In this document: positions 46,301 to 51,566 of the stretch, piece by piece
Layout: every line of letters starts with the position of its first letter
How positions within the stretch are numbered: position 1 is the stretch's first letter
From: an uncultured archaeon
Lineage (GTDB): Archaea; Aenigmatarchaeota; Aenigmatarchaeia; QMZP01; QMZT01
Direction: 5' to 3'
Assembly: GCA_964441265.1 (NCBI GenBank)
Contig: CAYYKJ010000005.1
Span: 29,867-93,866 of the forward strand
DNA length: 64,000 bases
Position numbers and translations under genes: made by a program
Notes under the pieces: generated by a model
The model's input: only the letters and a program-made list of their open reading frames with translations
Told to the model about the DNA's origin: nothing
The model's database searches: none

Positions 46301-46916
46301 CCTTCGTCCCGCTCCCGTTCAGTCCGAGACCATGCACGTCATCGGCGTTAATAAGTTCCATCGATCCGGATGTGAGCATGGAAACTGGCCTGTCGATATG
46401 GATGCTCTCTATATCCGGATTCTCCGCCAGCTCCAGGAGCCCCTCTTTCGAGACCTCCGCCGACAGGAATTTCCTGCCTTCAGCTTTCAGGTCGAAGTCC
46501 TCTTTCCGGGTATCTTTGGTTTCGAAGCTTTTCTCCCCCCTGAATTTGACTATCAGTCTGGTCTTCTCATTTTTGAGGACGGATTCCATGGCTTCTTTCC
46601 CGAGCATGGTGATGGACCTTATGCGGGATTCCACATTCATGGAGGGCAGGGTCTTTTGGATTGCTGTCGAGTTGGTTGAGTTCGGGGTGAGGTTTATGGA
46701 TTCATTGCCTGTCATATTGCCGGAAAGATTGAGAACACCGATTCCGGTCAGTTCTCCTGTTATGGAGGTGTTGTTAACGGCGATGTCGTATGCCATGACG
46801 GCTGCAGGTATGAGAAATATCATGAAAATTGCCAGTAACTGAGCCTGGCTTTTCTTCTTCTTGCCCAGACCCCCTTGAAAAACAGGCAATAAGTTTAACA
46901 GTATACTGTCCATCAA
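31386..46916 (-). CDS. giant (5176 aa) membrane-spanning multidomain surface protein: subtilase, RCC1 propeller, lectin/Ig-like repeats, TM and a cytoplasmic HerA/DUF87-like ATPase
   Basis: A single uninterrupted 15.5-kb ORF. The track start is TTG 46916 and the first ATG is 46913. TATATAAT lies 26-33 nt upstream. Domain motifs are listed under the sub-features. Confidence 0.85.
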   Translation of the reverse strand: MMDSILLNLLPVFQGGLGKKKKSQAQLLAIFMIFLIPAAVMAYDIAVNNTSITGELTGIGVLNLSGNMTGNESINLTPNSTNSTAIQKTLPSMNVESRIRSITMLGKEAMESVLKNEKTRLIVKFRGEKSFETKDTRKEDFDLKAEGRKFLSAEVSKEGLLELAENPDIESIHIDRPVSMLTSGSMELINADDVHGLGLNGSGTKVCFLDTGINYMYIHSFSQGHDFVNDDNDPWDDQGHGTEVASILDSVAPGIDLVVAKVIDRDGKGYESDVLEGLEYCEQEGADVISLSIGSGSYDGYCDSNPVAEYCNQLVDNGTLVIAATGNDGSRKIKSPACGSGVISVAASTKDDEIASFSSVNHWTDLLAPGEDIRVRTMGGEYSKRSGTSMSVPFVSGVSALLLENEPLLPGEVEHMLKTTGKPVPYQVNSTYTTNISRIDAWNAVNNITTMQPVEEGTNQSQDEGGDEYDILSVSINDVTIKPDTANPNDNLRGYCNATGDEDAEIRKFEYKWYNDSVEWVNGTAFKKGSISAGDEHSCGIRANDSRVLCWGLGNQGRLGDGDTNAHEAGSPNVTMDTSAYLSVSAGGVHTCGVRANDSRVLCWGLGNEGQLGDGDTNAHSVGHPNLTTDESAYLSISTGDAHTCGIRANDSRVLCWGYGYGGRLGDGNVDIHDVGSPNLTMDDSAYLSVSAGGVHTCGVRANDSRVLCCGRGNNGQIGDGRTDQHNVPYFTLTTDDSAYISVSNGFQHTCGIRANDSRVLCWGFGDHGQLGDGVVGDHSVGNPNVTTDDSEYLGVSAGNYHTCGIRANDSRVLCWGNGTYGRLGDGNTSIHGAGDPNVTTDSSEYTSVAAGYYHTCGIRESDGRVLCWGHGGDGQIGDGDTGNHNVSDPSVTTDSSEYSSFWTNDQSNFLDMVDSSYITSWQSWKFSCRAYNGTEWSSWVNSTETDIETKINISEELSENETFSGKNISVYGQVVNSSTGSPIENENISLYLNDTFYGSDMSNATGYYNISFLAPNISSGDYGIYTVTVNDDEVSGKNSTNLLVYPGILISETLEPNETTVQHEYVSAWGHINLTNGTDLANHAFNMYMNGTLINGMVDIYSIGDSHPEGWWDYNWAYRENLSINNTGGQGIDQFPVYADIDTETLVSQGKLNASCSDLRIFQDGEELEWSNQTACNDSSTRIWFKANLSEDSIFNVTMYYGNPLSGDPDYGEVCMKYEGDTCYVFYDDFSDNDCDGWKCIKDDYASDWGEGEDCTSNLDCSEGNMSLGGSNQNYKWVVSNFTENYNYVNITAELKYYDFYEVGPCVYKDNTTFLASTAQYWSGNYNRIRLYNYLSIASNETFNSDTFVWHNMTMLRNDTYAESYTDIDEAKVSNDSVSLPGGPYNASLWGESASDSLMDNYRISLFGAEPDVTETGNEDYVFETDADGDYNITFQAPSELGTYPILVNTTYTVEGHTTSEETVKDLEIVGVSFSGHKIDPDPPNIVQDVQINVTMTSDYGVNWTALEFHNGTHVMNYTGAQNASDEYYITIGQGNYTQSHQNMSYYWYANNSLGQTSHSSLQEFILKNYVPQYKDVSGDDNKGWGETWDFYINVSDQDQADNITVSVQENRTGSWSTMNSTTCWGCSGWNYLNVKSSWSRYAVGNQYWRLLIDDEYETNITPAYPVTVEKDDTGVSLTEGDGGEVNRSGSQKMTLTAFVNDTDRGFPVPDITCHFWITKDGSNYIHEGTNTTNSTGHCTLDFEPDNNYSTGVQNWKAGISGGAYYKDSNSSEGSLNIIGELNASLQEPSGQTYRAGSDSVLFRWNVTDDNSSMVSGVSNTIEVLPGGGSWEEITGSCSVNDEGGGWYNCTWDVPHDQTYGTYDVRVNTSKTYYNDGSDSFGGRFSVNTTDPVLSGPSSATEQDGGWGEWWNYSVDLNEVNPDTVNVSLWYDRGGGWELVNSMDVSCPCTDERVSFLHDPGWNIDDVGSRSYKFNASDYEGGKDDTGSQGADVRKDNVSIEYVAGNESEVNRSGTNSTDLKVRVFDTDRDAFLGSDVNVSLWVTTDGAGYNPDSSGVTDPEGYANFSFDPSGIYSVGRQEWIIGTEGDEYYDDENSSVYNVTVFGDLFGMVEYEEDHNVTDIVTLRGNVTDDEGEMVSGLGATFEVSLDGMSWEECTPVDDEGDGWYNCSWDSTGKDEGDWDVRMNYSGTYYNNGSVSEGDWFFLDNLEPYNSSPLLVDPPVDGWGYNFTYNTTVSDPENDSVTCTLWSNAGGGWVLKGRMTAQAPYICSLHADDYEWDYQGDYLFKFRLNDTFNEVNTTTENGTLEKDDIELEVTDCSNCHAPRDQYTLTLISYNITDLDRGGLITHQIECRLNVTRDFSNYDSFSNTTSPGYCRRYFNPGCNSTDGDGEYFLGQQDFMGEIPENSYYKTATITSQNVNIWGQIYHQIQIPDGEDYTEGENVPIRGRATDDCGNTIQTLDGKVFYYLENEADNVTQCTPVTNDGGGWYNCTWNSSGGKMGNYNITMNSTDHNLRYGGEYKKVDAFFLQTNDTSADLLIIPEENIVDGINRSSNRTFEIQVTLNNTGFSKLYNASINNHTMPENWTISPSIHDCGDILPGENCTENFTITVINGTTEGIYYVNLTGNWTQGNLVNKSAANQTMVNVTPNYKLEISESVVYGNASSGTTTTIGNFTLVAFGSGNLSDVEIECLSGACLNMPPDPVVYFFPDPVSSLPGGNTMKININATSQSDDKEEEGIVYILRANATGTACSPANECWETVTLNLSIVNDPPVLSNAQVTEQVDGWGAEYNYSVQVFDNNDDDINITLWVNPGGTWMRNETKVVSSGTMVNWTISPFSFSDTEETRNYLFEYNDLNSTGDKKHNLTNTTTFSGPYVQKDNVSIEYVAGNESEVNRSGTNSTDLKVRVFDTDRDAFLGSDVNVSLWVTTDGAGYNPDSSGVTDPEGYANFSFDPSGIYSVGRQEWIIGTEGDEYYDDENSSVYNVTVFGDLFGMVEYEEDHNVTDIVTLRGNVTDDEGEMVSGLGATFEVSLDGMSWEECTPVDDEGDGWYNCSWDSTGKDEGDWDVRMNYSGTYYNNGSVSEGDWFFLDNLEPGWSSLSVDPYQEGWGSTFTYNVSITDPENDNVTCELWSNASGIWVMKNSTTQQAPYTCSMEAKDYNGTDLYAGDDNETYNYRFRVNDSFNQMNTSEGTGKLEKDNITLVVTACDDCEAPRDGTKKTLIEYSINDTDRGTLAIYDIACYINVTLTGGGSPDSFSNTSSEGYCRRYFNPDCSYYVGHQDWYGKVSESKYYDYAEITSQLDVVGQFRHKIETPDGENYLEGENITIRGNTTDDCDNTVDGLGNVEFHLINENGINVSQCTPVNDEGSGWYNCTWDSWNQETGKYNITMNTTNLPSPPSTPVYYNGTYNKKDALVLEATQTFADLLLIPIYKETDNVTKYLNQTFNLTAVLNNTGEAYLYNATINRSYFPGWWNVTPVSHNCGMVETGNNCTRNFTVLVVNGTTSGIYYVGFKANWTNMIGTENSAVNETEVNVTENYDLEIREDEIAGGAFIGRTTTIGNFTIDADCSAELSDIRFTNKSGFCANPLDERKITLIPKNVSNLTGGTHIVIDINVTVPLGYPETTGPCTIQANATNSTCSPAGECWDELIINVTTVNEPPQLSDANVSNSTDGWGAEYNYSVFVYDHNGDDVNVTLWINNSGTWEKNETKLVGAGSTPYWTIRPFNSSDIGETMGFMFEYKDDYNNASNTSEFTGPSIERDDLLIEITGNSSTTLSRNAGEKALIEVMVTDSDRGIPLEGGRNCTFWSTRDGISYTTESENTTDSGGYCRYYLDSINCTYSVYYQYWEAGLGDSLYKEYNSSQGNFTVAGWITHNITRPAGDYHYESQSILFRGNATDECSDPATPADVSFFPESNGSEFSCSPANDEGNGWYNCSWDSTGMPAGWYDLKMNTTDSEYYNGNGTSTSNAFYLQNQTISPAFTTMPSHYWTNNVTANYSTTFNISLNLTNTGQGFLYSSSVNHTYFPPGWEIVPGLQGCGDVWAGENCTRSYSVTIPNGTQPANYTINFTAYWTNPDSSPGSATNSTHITVASPTMINITSPTSSDKAVDVLPGDRVQITANVTHRLSPVSDGVDFDIRLDEEDCALESSSYIGPFKLWYLECTAPNLTDAEYHNLTINTTNSFDGTVANDTETDAVYYKDTTPPYNVNVTSESVTEGGTVEVLAYLTDKEYVSNVSMNLTHPNGSVSVRWLQNQTPETNSTYWAVNLSGLSIGDHDYVLYARDKNGNLRNITWWFAVYPSDMVTINGTILDMEGQPVLSDFFMYRDNRSLSPDYLLNSFSTNSSGNYSRDVYRRVYDIEWKINSSMDAVGMFGINVTENMTDPVGFDDIALKYISIPLTRVILKAFAVNSTMNFSRANISMNFTGTGYEHNFIDVIRVYQCRDWDWTENGCNSTWINRGGSVDVDTETVTATVDNFSAFVAAEEVVCGNEICENVYGESSDNCPEDCWAPGPGDEEETPGGGYTGGVSAGAVCGNDRCETGENYQNCPEDCPKEEEPYAIDTDVIDIELLPGESRLYPITIENRQEDASDVDMEVTGTIWEFTQLQSRSFSIDEQSAKTVKVKFFAPMSAPPGVYNGELLVTVDDTPNTIPVTLRIVTEKEALMDVKVEVLTKILGQNGTVRYRLSLFNLGYKKKFDVHLTHNIRDVNTNKLLAYKEEEMALETTLSMVKNFPLDEINIYPGKFYIEVVASYENKTASSADIFEVVEPFWTMDKIYMLIAAIAIAVALIVGWKGSRWYSKWKLRRRRYLFPVDYKKLPKGPIYMGKIAETGTKAWLDPDDLTTHILSAGATGAGKSVSAMVTVEECLKLKIPVVVFDPTGQWTGFVKRCTDRKMLDRYDEFGMKETDAMPFKGMIFEVTDPKVKIKFKEFMNPSEITVFMLNKLKPGEFDQAVQNIVQTIFETDWEESPKLRLLVIFDEVHRLLEKYGGSGGYVALERGCREFRKWGIGMIMLSQVLADFKEAIKGNVLTEFQLHTKGLGDIDRVKKKYGEEYSNRITKQEVGVGMVQNPKYNRGRPYFVAFRPLLHSPHKIPEEELEKYKKFAKELKEMEREIRSLEKKKVDTTDIKLELKLAKDKLKTGAFRMTEIYLDSLRGSLKKHSRKKGKKKKKRGKKK
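31700..32480 (-). other. cytoplasmic P-loop ATPase domain (HerA/DUF87-like) of the giant protein
   Basis: It has the Walker A motif GATGAGKS (32346-32369), the Walker B motif LLVIFDEVHRLL (around 31975-31990) and RKWGIGMIMLSQ. It lies C-terminal to the TM helix. Confidence 0.75.
32538..32590 (-). other. single transmembrane helix separating the extracellular and cytoplasmic parts of the giant protein
   Basis: YMLIAAIAIAVALIVGW is followed by KGSRWYSKWKLRRRR, which follows the positive-inside rule. Confidence 0.65.
37633..38280 (-). repeat. copy A of a 648-bp apparently identical intragenic duplication
   Basis: It matches 40285..40932 at an offset of exactly 2652 nt. Antisense ORF translations from the track are identical, and both boundaries were checked base by base. 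Confidence 0.85.
40285..40932 (-). repeat. copy B of a 648-bp apparently identical intragenic duplication
   Basis: See copy A. It encodes KDNVSIEYVAGNESEVNRSG...GDWFFLDNLEP (216 aa), which appears twice in the protein. Confidence 0.85.
43260..43570 (-). other. DUF2341/concanavalin-like lectin module of the giant protein
   Basis: It contains YRENLSINNTGGQGIDQFPVYADIDTETLVSQGKLNASCSDLRIFQDGEELEWS...IWFKANL...MYYGNP. Confidence 0.5.
44210..45330 (-). other. seven RCC1-like propeller repeats of the giant protein
   Basis: There are seven ~51-aa repeats of H(T/S)CG(I/V)RANDSRVLCWG.G..G(Q/R)(L/I)GDG. Confidence 0.8.
45590..46400 (-). other. subtilisin-like (S8) serine protease domain of the giant protein
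   Basis: The catalytic triad motifs are in subtilase order and spacing: D210 in CFLDTG (46287-46289), H240 in GHGTEVAS (46197-46199) and S389 in SGTSMSVP (45750-45752). Confidence 0.85.
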
Positions 46917-46938
46917 TAATTAATAAAGAGTGTCGGAG

Positions 46939-46948
46939 TATATAATTA
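46939..46948 (-). promoter_or_regulatory. TATA-like box for the giant gene
   Basis: TATATAATTA lies 26-35 nt upstream of ATG 46913. Confidence 0.4.
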
Positions 46949-47029
46949 TTGTAAACAAGTCGGTCGACAGTTGAACACATGATACGCGGGGAGGAGACCT
47001 GTCGGTGTCCATTTTCAGACTTATAAATC

Positions 47030-47413
47030 ATGTCGGAAAGAATTAAGCGTGGTTTTATGAAGGTCAGAGACGACCTCCTGAAGGTCAAGGATTTCATAAG
47101 GAAGCCCGCCAAGGCAAGGCCCTATCCCGAGGACGTTGATCAGGTCGTCCTCCAGCTCAAATCGCTCGACGAGAAGATAGACGAGATAAAGGAATTTCTC
47201 ATGAGCAAGAAGGAGAGCCCCGTCAAGCTCAAGAGGAAGAAGCAGATAATCTACGTTCTGAAGGAGAAGGGAAAACTTACTGCAACGGGGCTCAGCAGGA
47301 CCCTCAAGATATCCAGGAATCGAAGCAACGAGTATCTCAGGGAGCTGGAGAAGCAGGGCATAGTAGAGGGCCTCTCCGTCGGCAAGAAGAAATTCTACAG
47401 GATGAAAGAATGA
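47030..47413 (+). CDS. coiled-coil plus winged-HTH protein
   Basis: It has the C-terminal wHTH LTATGLSRTLKISRNRSNEYLRELEKQGIV. Its stop overlaps the minD-like start in an ATGA overlap. Confidence 0.55.
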   Translation: MSERIKRGFMKVRDDLLKVKDFIRKPAKARPYPEDVDQVVLQLKSLDEKIDEIKEFLMSKKESPVKLKRKKQIIYVLKEKGKLTATGLSRTLKISRNRSNEYLRELEKQGIVEGLSVGKKKFYRMKE

Positions 47414-48156
47414 GAAGGATAATAGCGGTGGCCTCCGGGAAGGGAGGAGTCGGAAAGACCGTGACATCCCTGAACCTCGCCATGGCCCTTCATGAAGCCG
47501 GGGAGGATGTCGTTGTCGTCGACGCCGACCTGAACAACCCATCTGTCGGCCTCCATCTCGACCTTTTCCACGCCCCGACCACAATAAACGACGTTCTGGA
47601 AAGGGACATCCACATATCCGAGGCATTGCAGATACACCCCTCCGGCCTGAGGGTCGTACCATCCTCGGTTTCCATAGAGAACCTCCACCCGAACACGGTG
47701 AGGTTCCGGGAGATATTCCATGACCTCGACAGTTACATAATTCTTGACTGCGCCCCGGGATTCGGCAGGGAGGTCCTGTCGGCTCTGGATGTCAGCGATG
47801 AGATAATGGTGGTCACCAATCCCAATTTTCCCGCCGTCGTTGGGGCCATGCGGCTGATGGAGGTGGCCAAGGACATGGACAAGAAGATAATCGGAATTGT
47901 TCTCAACAGGATAGGAATGAGCGACGTGGATGAAGAGGAAATAGAGGGAATCTGCCAGGAGAGCATAATAACCGAGATACCCTTCGACAGGAACGTCGAC
48001 AGGAGTGTCAGGAACAAGGTTCCCCTGATAAGGCACGCACCCCTCTCCCCGGCCTCGGTGAAATTCCGCTTTCTGGCGGGGAGGGTTTCCGGCAACGAGT
48101 ACGTCCCCCCGAGGTTCCTCCCGCTGAGGAGGCTGGCCGGGAAGATCAGAAGATAA
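47410..48156 (+). CDS. minD: MinD/ParA-family P-loop ATPase
   Basis: It has the deviant Walker A motif SGKGGVGKTV and the Walker B motif YIILDCAPG. Confidence 0.85.
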   Translation: MRRIIAVASGKGGVGKTVTSLNLAMALHEAGEDVVVVDADLNNPSVGLHLDLFHAPTTINDVLERDIHISEALQIHPSGLRVVPSSVSIENLHPNTVRFREIFHDLDSYIILDCAPGFGREVLSALDVSDEIMVVTNPNFPAVVGAMRLMEVAKDMDKKIIGIVLNRIGMSDVDEEEIEGICQESIITEIPFDRNVDRSVRNKVPLIRHAPLSPASVKFRFLAGRVSGNEYVPPRFLPLRRLAGKIRR

Positions 48157-48193
48157 CTTATTAAACCGCGAATGAAAAATTTAACAGTATTAT

Positions 48194-50584
48194 TTGACGA
48201 CTTGGACCAGTTTCAAAAAGTCGTCCTTTGAAATATCGGGTGATCTTTTGGGGGCTTCCGACGAGATTGAGATAGATTCGAATTACGTGGAGAAGCCTGA
48301 GAGTACCGATCCGAAAGACCTGCTTCTGTCAATAGGAAAGCTGGAGAGCAAAATAGAGATGATAAAAGGGACCGATTACGAGCAGAACAAAAAGATTTCT
48401 AACCTCTCCGAGAAGATCGAAAATTCCGTGCGGGAGTTCTCCAAACTCAGGGACCTTATCCGTGAGATAAGCCCGGGTGAGATATCCGATATACTGAAGG
48501 TGGTGAAGGAGAAATCCGCCGAAAACAGGAAGTCCATCGAGAAAAACAGGAAAAAGATAGATGAGCTGGGGAAGTCCGCCAGAGCGTCCAAGCTTTATGA
48601 GGAGATGAGCGGGATGCTGGACAAGATGGGCAGCGATCTTGCGAAGATGGAAAAGGAGCAGGACAATGTCGACGAGAAGGTGAAGCAGATAAATTCTATC
48701 AAGAAAGAACTCACCGAAAAACTGAACCATGCATCGGGACTGTCCGAGATAGGACCGATCAAGGAGAAGCTGGATCTCCTCGGCAGGCGGGTCTCCGAAA
48801 TTGCCGGCAGGGAGAATGTATTTTCAAAAAGAAACAGCGAAATGAAGAAGGAAATAAGCGGAATAAAAAAGAATCTGGGGCGGATGAAATCTGACCGGAA
48901 GAAGCTCGGCGAAAGCATCAACGAGCTGAAGAAATCCGACCTTTCCGGTGTGAAGGAGCTGAAAAGGCGGATGGGGGAAACAGAGAATGAGCTGGCTTCC
49001 CTGAAAGAGAAGGCCGGAAAGGTTGATCTGTCGGAAATGTCACGTGAATTCGATAAGAGTCTGGATGGCATAGAGAAAGCGCTGCTTGATATGAAGAAGG
49101 ATCATTCCAGGCTCACCGAAAAGGCCGGTGACGTTGATGAGATGGGAAAAAGGCTGGGCGTAATGGAGAAGGAAATCCGGAAGGTCTCAGAAAAGGCTAA
49201 TAAGGTTTCAGATATCACGGGCCTGAAGAAGAGGGTCGAAGGGATGGGAAAGAGGATTTCCGGGCTGAAGTCGAGGAAGGACCCCGCCGTGAAGAGGCTG
49301 AAGGAAAGCATGAAAGGGAAGCTGGAAGTCCTGGAGAAGGAACTGAAGGAGGAAAAGAAGGAGCGCTCCGGGATTTCGGGAAAGCTCAGGGATTTCGAAA
49401 AGAGCAGGAAGAAGATGGAGAAGAGGATAAAGAAGTTCGACTCCATGGAATCTTCCCTGAAGGGCGAGAAGAAGGGGTTCAGAAAGATGAGGACGGAGGC
49501 CTCCGGGGAGATAAAGGATTTCGCTAAGAAGGAAAAGAAGATAACCAGGGCACTCTCCGATATAGAGAAGATAGGGGAGAGGGCTGAGAGTTTCCTGGAC
49601 AAGATGGAATCCCTCTCGGTGGACAGGAGGATAACCTCGCTTGAGAAATCTTTCAATTCGCTGAATGAGATAACCGGGAAGCACGAGAAGTTCAGAAAGG
49701 ACCTGGTGGCCTCCCATTCCAAGTTGCAGGACAATCTGGAGGACATGATCACCAAGATGGAGAATTCCCTGGACAGGAGGCTGACTGATCTGGAGGGGGA
49801 CTACACCAAGCTCAGGAATTACGCCGCCGAGGTGGACAGGAGGAGCGACGCGGAGGCGGCCAGGAAGATGATATCCGAGGTCAGCGCGAGGATCAAGTCG
49901 ATGGTTTACGACATAGGTACGATATCCAGGGACATAGACTCCCTGAAGGGAACCGTGGACGGCCTGGTCCCCAAGGTTTCGAACCTGGAGAAGTTCAGGA
50001 AGTCCATAAAGAACGATGTTATAGGAAACCAGATAACCGGGATCAGCGAGGAGCTCGCTTCCCTCAGGGGAGAGACCGACTCCATGAGGTCCGGTATCAG
50101 GTCTGTCGGACAGGAGATAGCAGAGATAAAGAAGGAGAGGGTGGAGAGAAGAGAGAAGACCGATTATGAGGTGGAATCCCTCAGGAACAGCATGAAGAGG
50201 ATAGAGGACCTCCACATGGAGAACCTTTTCGATCATTTCGGTAAGGTCATCGCCAGCATCCGGGACAGGCAGAACGAGTTCTCAGCCAGGCTGTCTTCCC
50301 TGGAGGGGAGGGGCAACGTTCAATCTTCCGGGTCGGCAGAGACCAGCAGGAGAACCCCTCTGGTCAGGAAGGACGCCGATGAAATGAAGAGGGAGCTGGG
50401 AGAACTCCTGACCGAGGCGGTTGACAACATCGATCAGGGCGACATGGAGATGGCCAGGGTCCTGCATGATCACATCCTTACCATCTACAACAAGATCAGC
50501 CCCGAGATGCCCGAGAGCTATTCCAGGAGGCTCTATTCCGTGATAAACGAGATATCGGAAAGGCTTGAAGGAAGCACCCGGTAA
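48194..50584 (+). CDS. very long coiled-coil protein (796 aa)
   Basis: K/E/L/S-rich heptad-like sequence runs throughout. The start is TTG in the ORF track and is uncertain. Confidence 0.55.
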   Translation: MTTWTSFKKSSFEISGDLLGASDEIEIDSNYVEKPESTDPKDLLLSIGKLESKIEMIKGTDYEQNKKISNLSEKIENSVREFSKLRDLIREISPGEISDILKVVKEKSAENRKSIEKNRKKIDELGKSARASKLYEEMSGMLDKMGSDLAKMEKEQDNVDEKVKQINSIKKELTEKLNHASGLSEIGPIKEKLDLLGRRVSEIAGRENVFSKRNSEMKKEISGIKKNLGRMKSDRKKLGESINELKKSDLSGVKELKRRMGETENELASLKEKAGKVDLSEMSREFDKSLDGIEKALLDMKKDHSRLTEKAGDVDEMGKRLGVMEKEIRKVSEKANKVSDITGLKKRVEGMGKRISGLKSRKDPAVKRLKESMKGKLEVLEKELKEEKKERSGISGKLRDFEKSRKKMEKRIKKFDSMESSLKGEKKGFRKMRTEASGEIKDFAKKEKKITRALSDIEKIGERAESFLDKMESLSVDRRITSLEKSFNSLNEITGKHEKFRKDLVASHSKLQDNLEDMITKMENSLDRRLTDLEGDYTKLRNYAAEVDRRSDAEAARKMISEVSARIKSMVYDIGTISRDIDSLKGTVDGLVPKVSNLEKFRKSIKNDVIGNQITGISEELASLRGETDSMRSGIRSVGQEIAEIKKERVERREKTDYEVESLRNSMKRIEDLHMENLFDHFGKVIASIRDRQNEFSARLSSLEGRGNVQSSGSAETSRRTPLVRKDADEMKRELGELLTEAVDNIDQGDMEMARVLHDHILTIYNKISPEMPESYSRRLYSVINEISERLEGSTR

Positions 50585-50614
50585 AAATAAAAAATTGGGA
50601 ATCAATCTGATTTT

Positions 50615-51070
50615 ATGGAACTTAATTATGACACAGATGTCACACTGCACGAGAAATACATTTCCTGTATAAATAATCTCATCGGAGACGCAAAAAAATA
50701 CATGAGAGAAAACCGATTTTCAGAAGCGCTGGAAGTACTCAATTTCGCGAGACCTAAACTGAAAGAAGTGTTTTTGAATTGCTTTGACAGCCTGGATTTT
50801 CTTAAGTCCAGGGAATATATGGAAAATGCGTATGCGGAGGCTCTTTTGGGCAAAATTGGGGCCCAGTATATAGGAAAATTAAAATTGACTGACAATGACG
50901 ATCCGTTTGGTGTTCTTTTTTACAGCGGAAGGGGACCCATTGAGAAAATAAATGAATCCATGGAAAAATTTAATGAATTCGTGAAAACGAATATTGATAT
51001 AGCTGTTGACAATAAAAAGAATTATGGGAGTAAGGGTTTTCAGGCTCGGCCACAGGATATCCAGGGATAA
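50615..51070 (+). CDS. hypothetical protein
   Basis: A 151-aa ORF with no motif. Its 3' end overlaps trm56. Confidence 0.4.
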   Translation: MELNYDTDVTLHEKYISCINNLIGDAKKYMRENRFSEALEVLNFARPKLKEVFLNCFDSLDFLKSREYMENAYAEALLGKIGAQYIGKLKLTDNDDPFGVLFYSGRGPIEKINESMEKFNEFVKTNIDIAVDNKKNYGSKGFQARPQDIQG

Positions 51071-51542
51071 GAGGATATCCACACATGTCGCTTTGGTGGC
51101 CAGGGCATTTGGCGCTGAAGGAATCGTGTACAGCGGGGAGAAGGATTCCGGCATGGAGGAGTCTGTCCGCTCCGTGGTGGAGCAGTGGGGCGGGGAGTTT
51201 TTCATAAAATACGAAAAGAGCTGGAGGTCCTTTCTGAATTCATGGAATGGCCGCATAGTCCACCTGACCGTTTACGGGATGCCGGTGGAGGAGAAGATCA
51301 TCGAGATCAGGAAGGGAAGGAAGGACCTGCTCGTGGTGGTCGGAGGGGAGAAGGTGCCCGGGGAGATATACGACCGTGCGGACTACAACGTTTCTGTCAC
51401 CGGCCAGCCCCATTCCGAGATCGCGGCCCTTTCCATACTTCTGGACCGACTGTTCCGGGGGGAGGAACTCGGAAGAAAATATCCCCGGGCGAAGAGAAGG
51501 GTCATTCCCCGGGAGAGAGGGAAGAAGGTTGTGGAGAAATAA
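51024..51542 (+). CDS. trm56: tRNA (cytidine56-2'-O)-methyltransferase aTrm56 (SPOUT family)
   Basis: MGVRVFRLGHRISRDKRISTHVALVARAFGA matches the aTrm56 N-terminus. The start was moved from 51006 to ATG 51024. Confidence 0.75.
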   Translation: MGVRVFRLGHRISRDKRISTHVALVARAFGAEGIVYSGEKDSGMEESVRSVVEQWGGEFFIKYEKSWRSFLNSWNGRIVHLTVYGMPVEEKIIEIRKGRKDLLVVVGGEKVPGEIYDRADYNVSVTGQPHSEIAALSILLDRLFRGEELGRKYPRAKRRVIPRERGKKVVEK

Positions 51543-51566
51543 AAACCCTCTTACATATTTTTTTTC

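Noticed and set aside
31644-46842. Dozens of plus-strand ORFs of 60-370 aa inside the giant gene region, for example 44148..45260, 45672..46679 and 31644..32582.
   Set aside because: They are antisense to one uninterrupted 15.5-kb ORF with clear protease, RCC1 and ATPase motifs. Their translations are repetitive because they mirror the sense-strand repeats.
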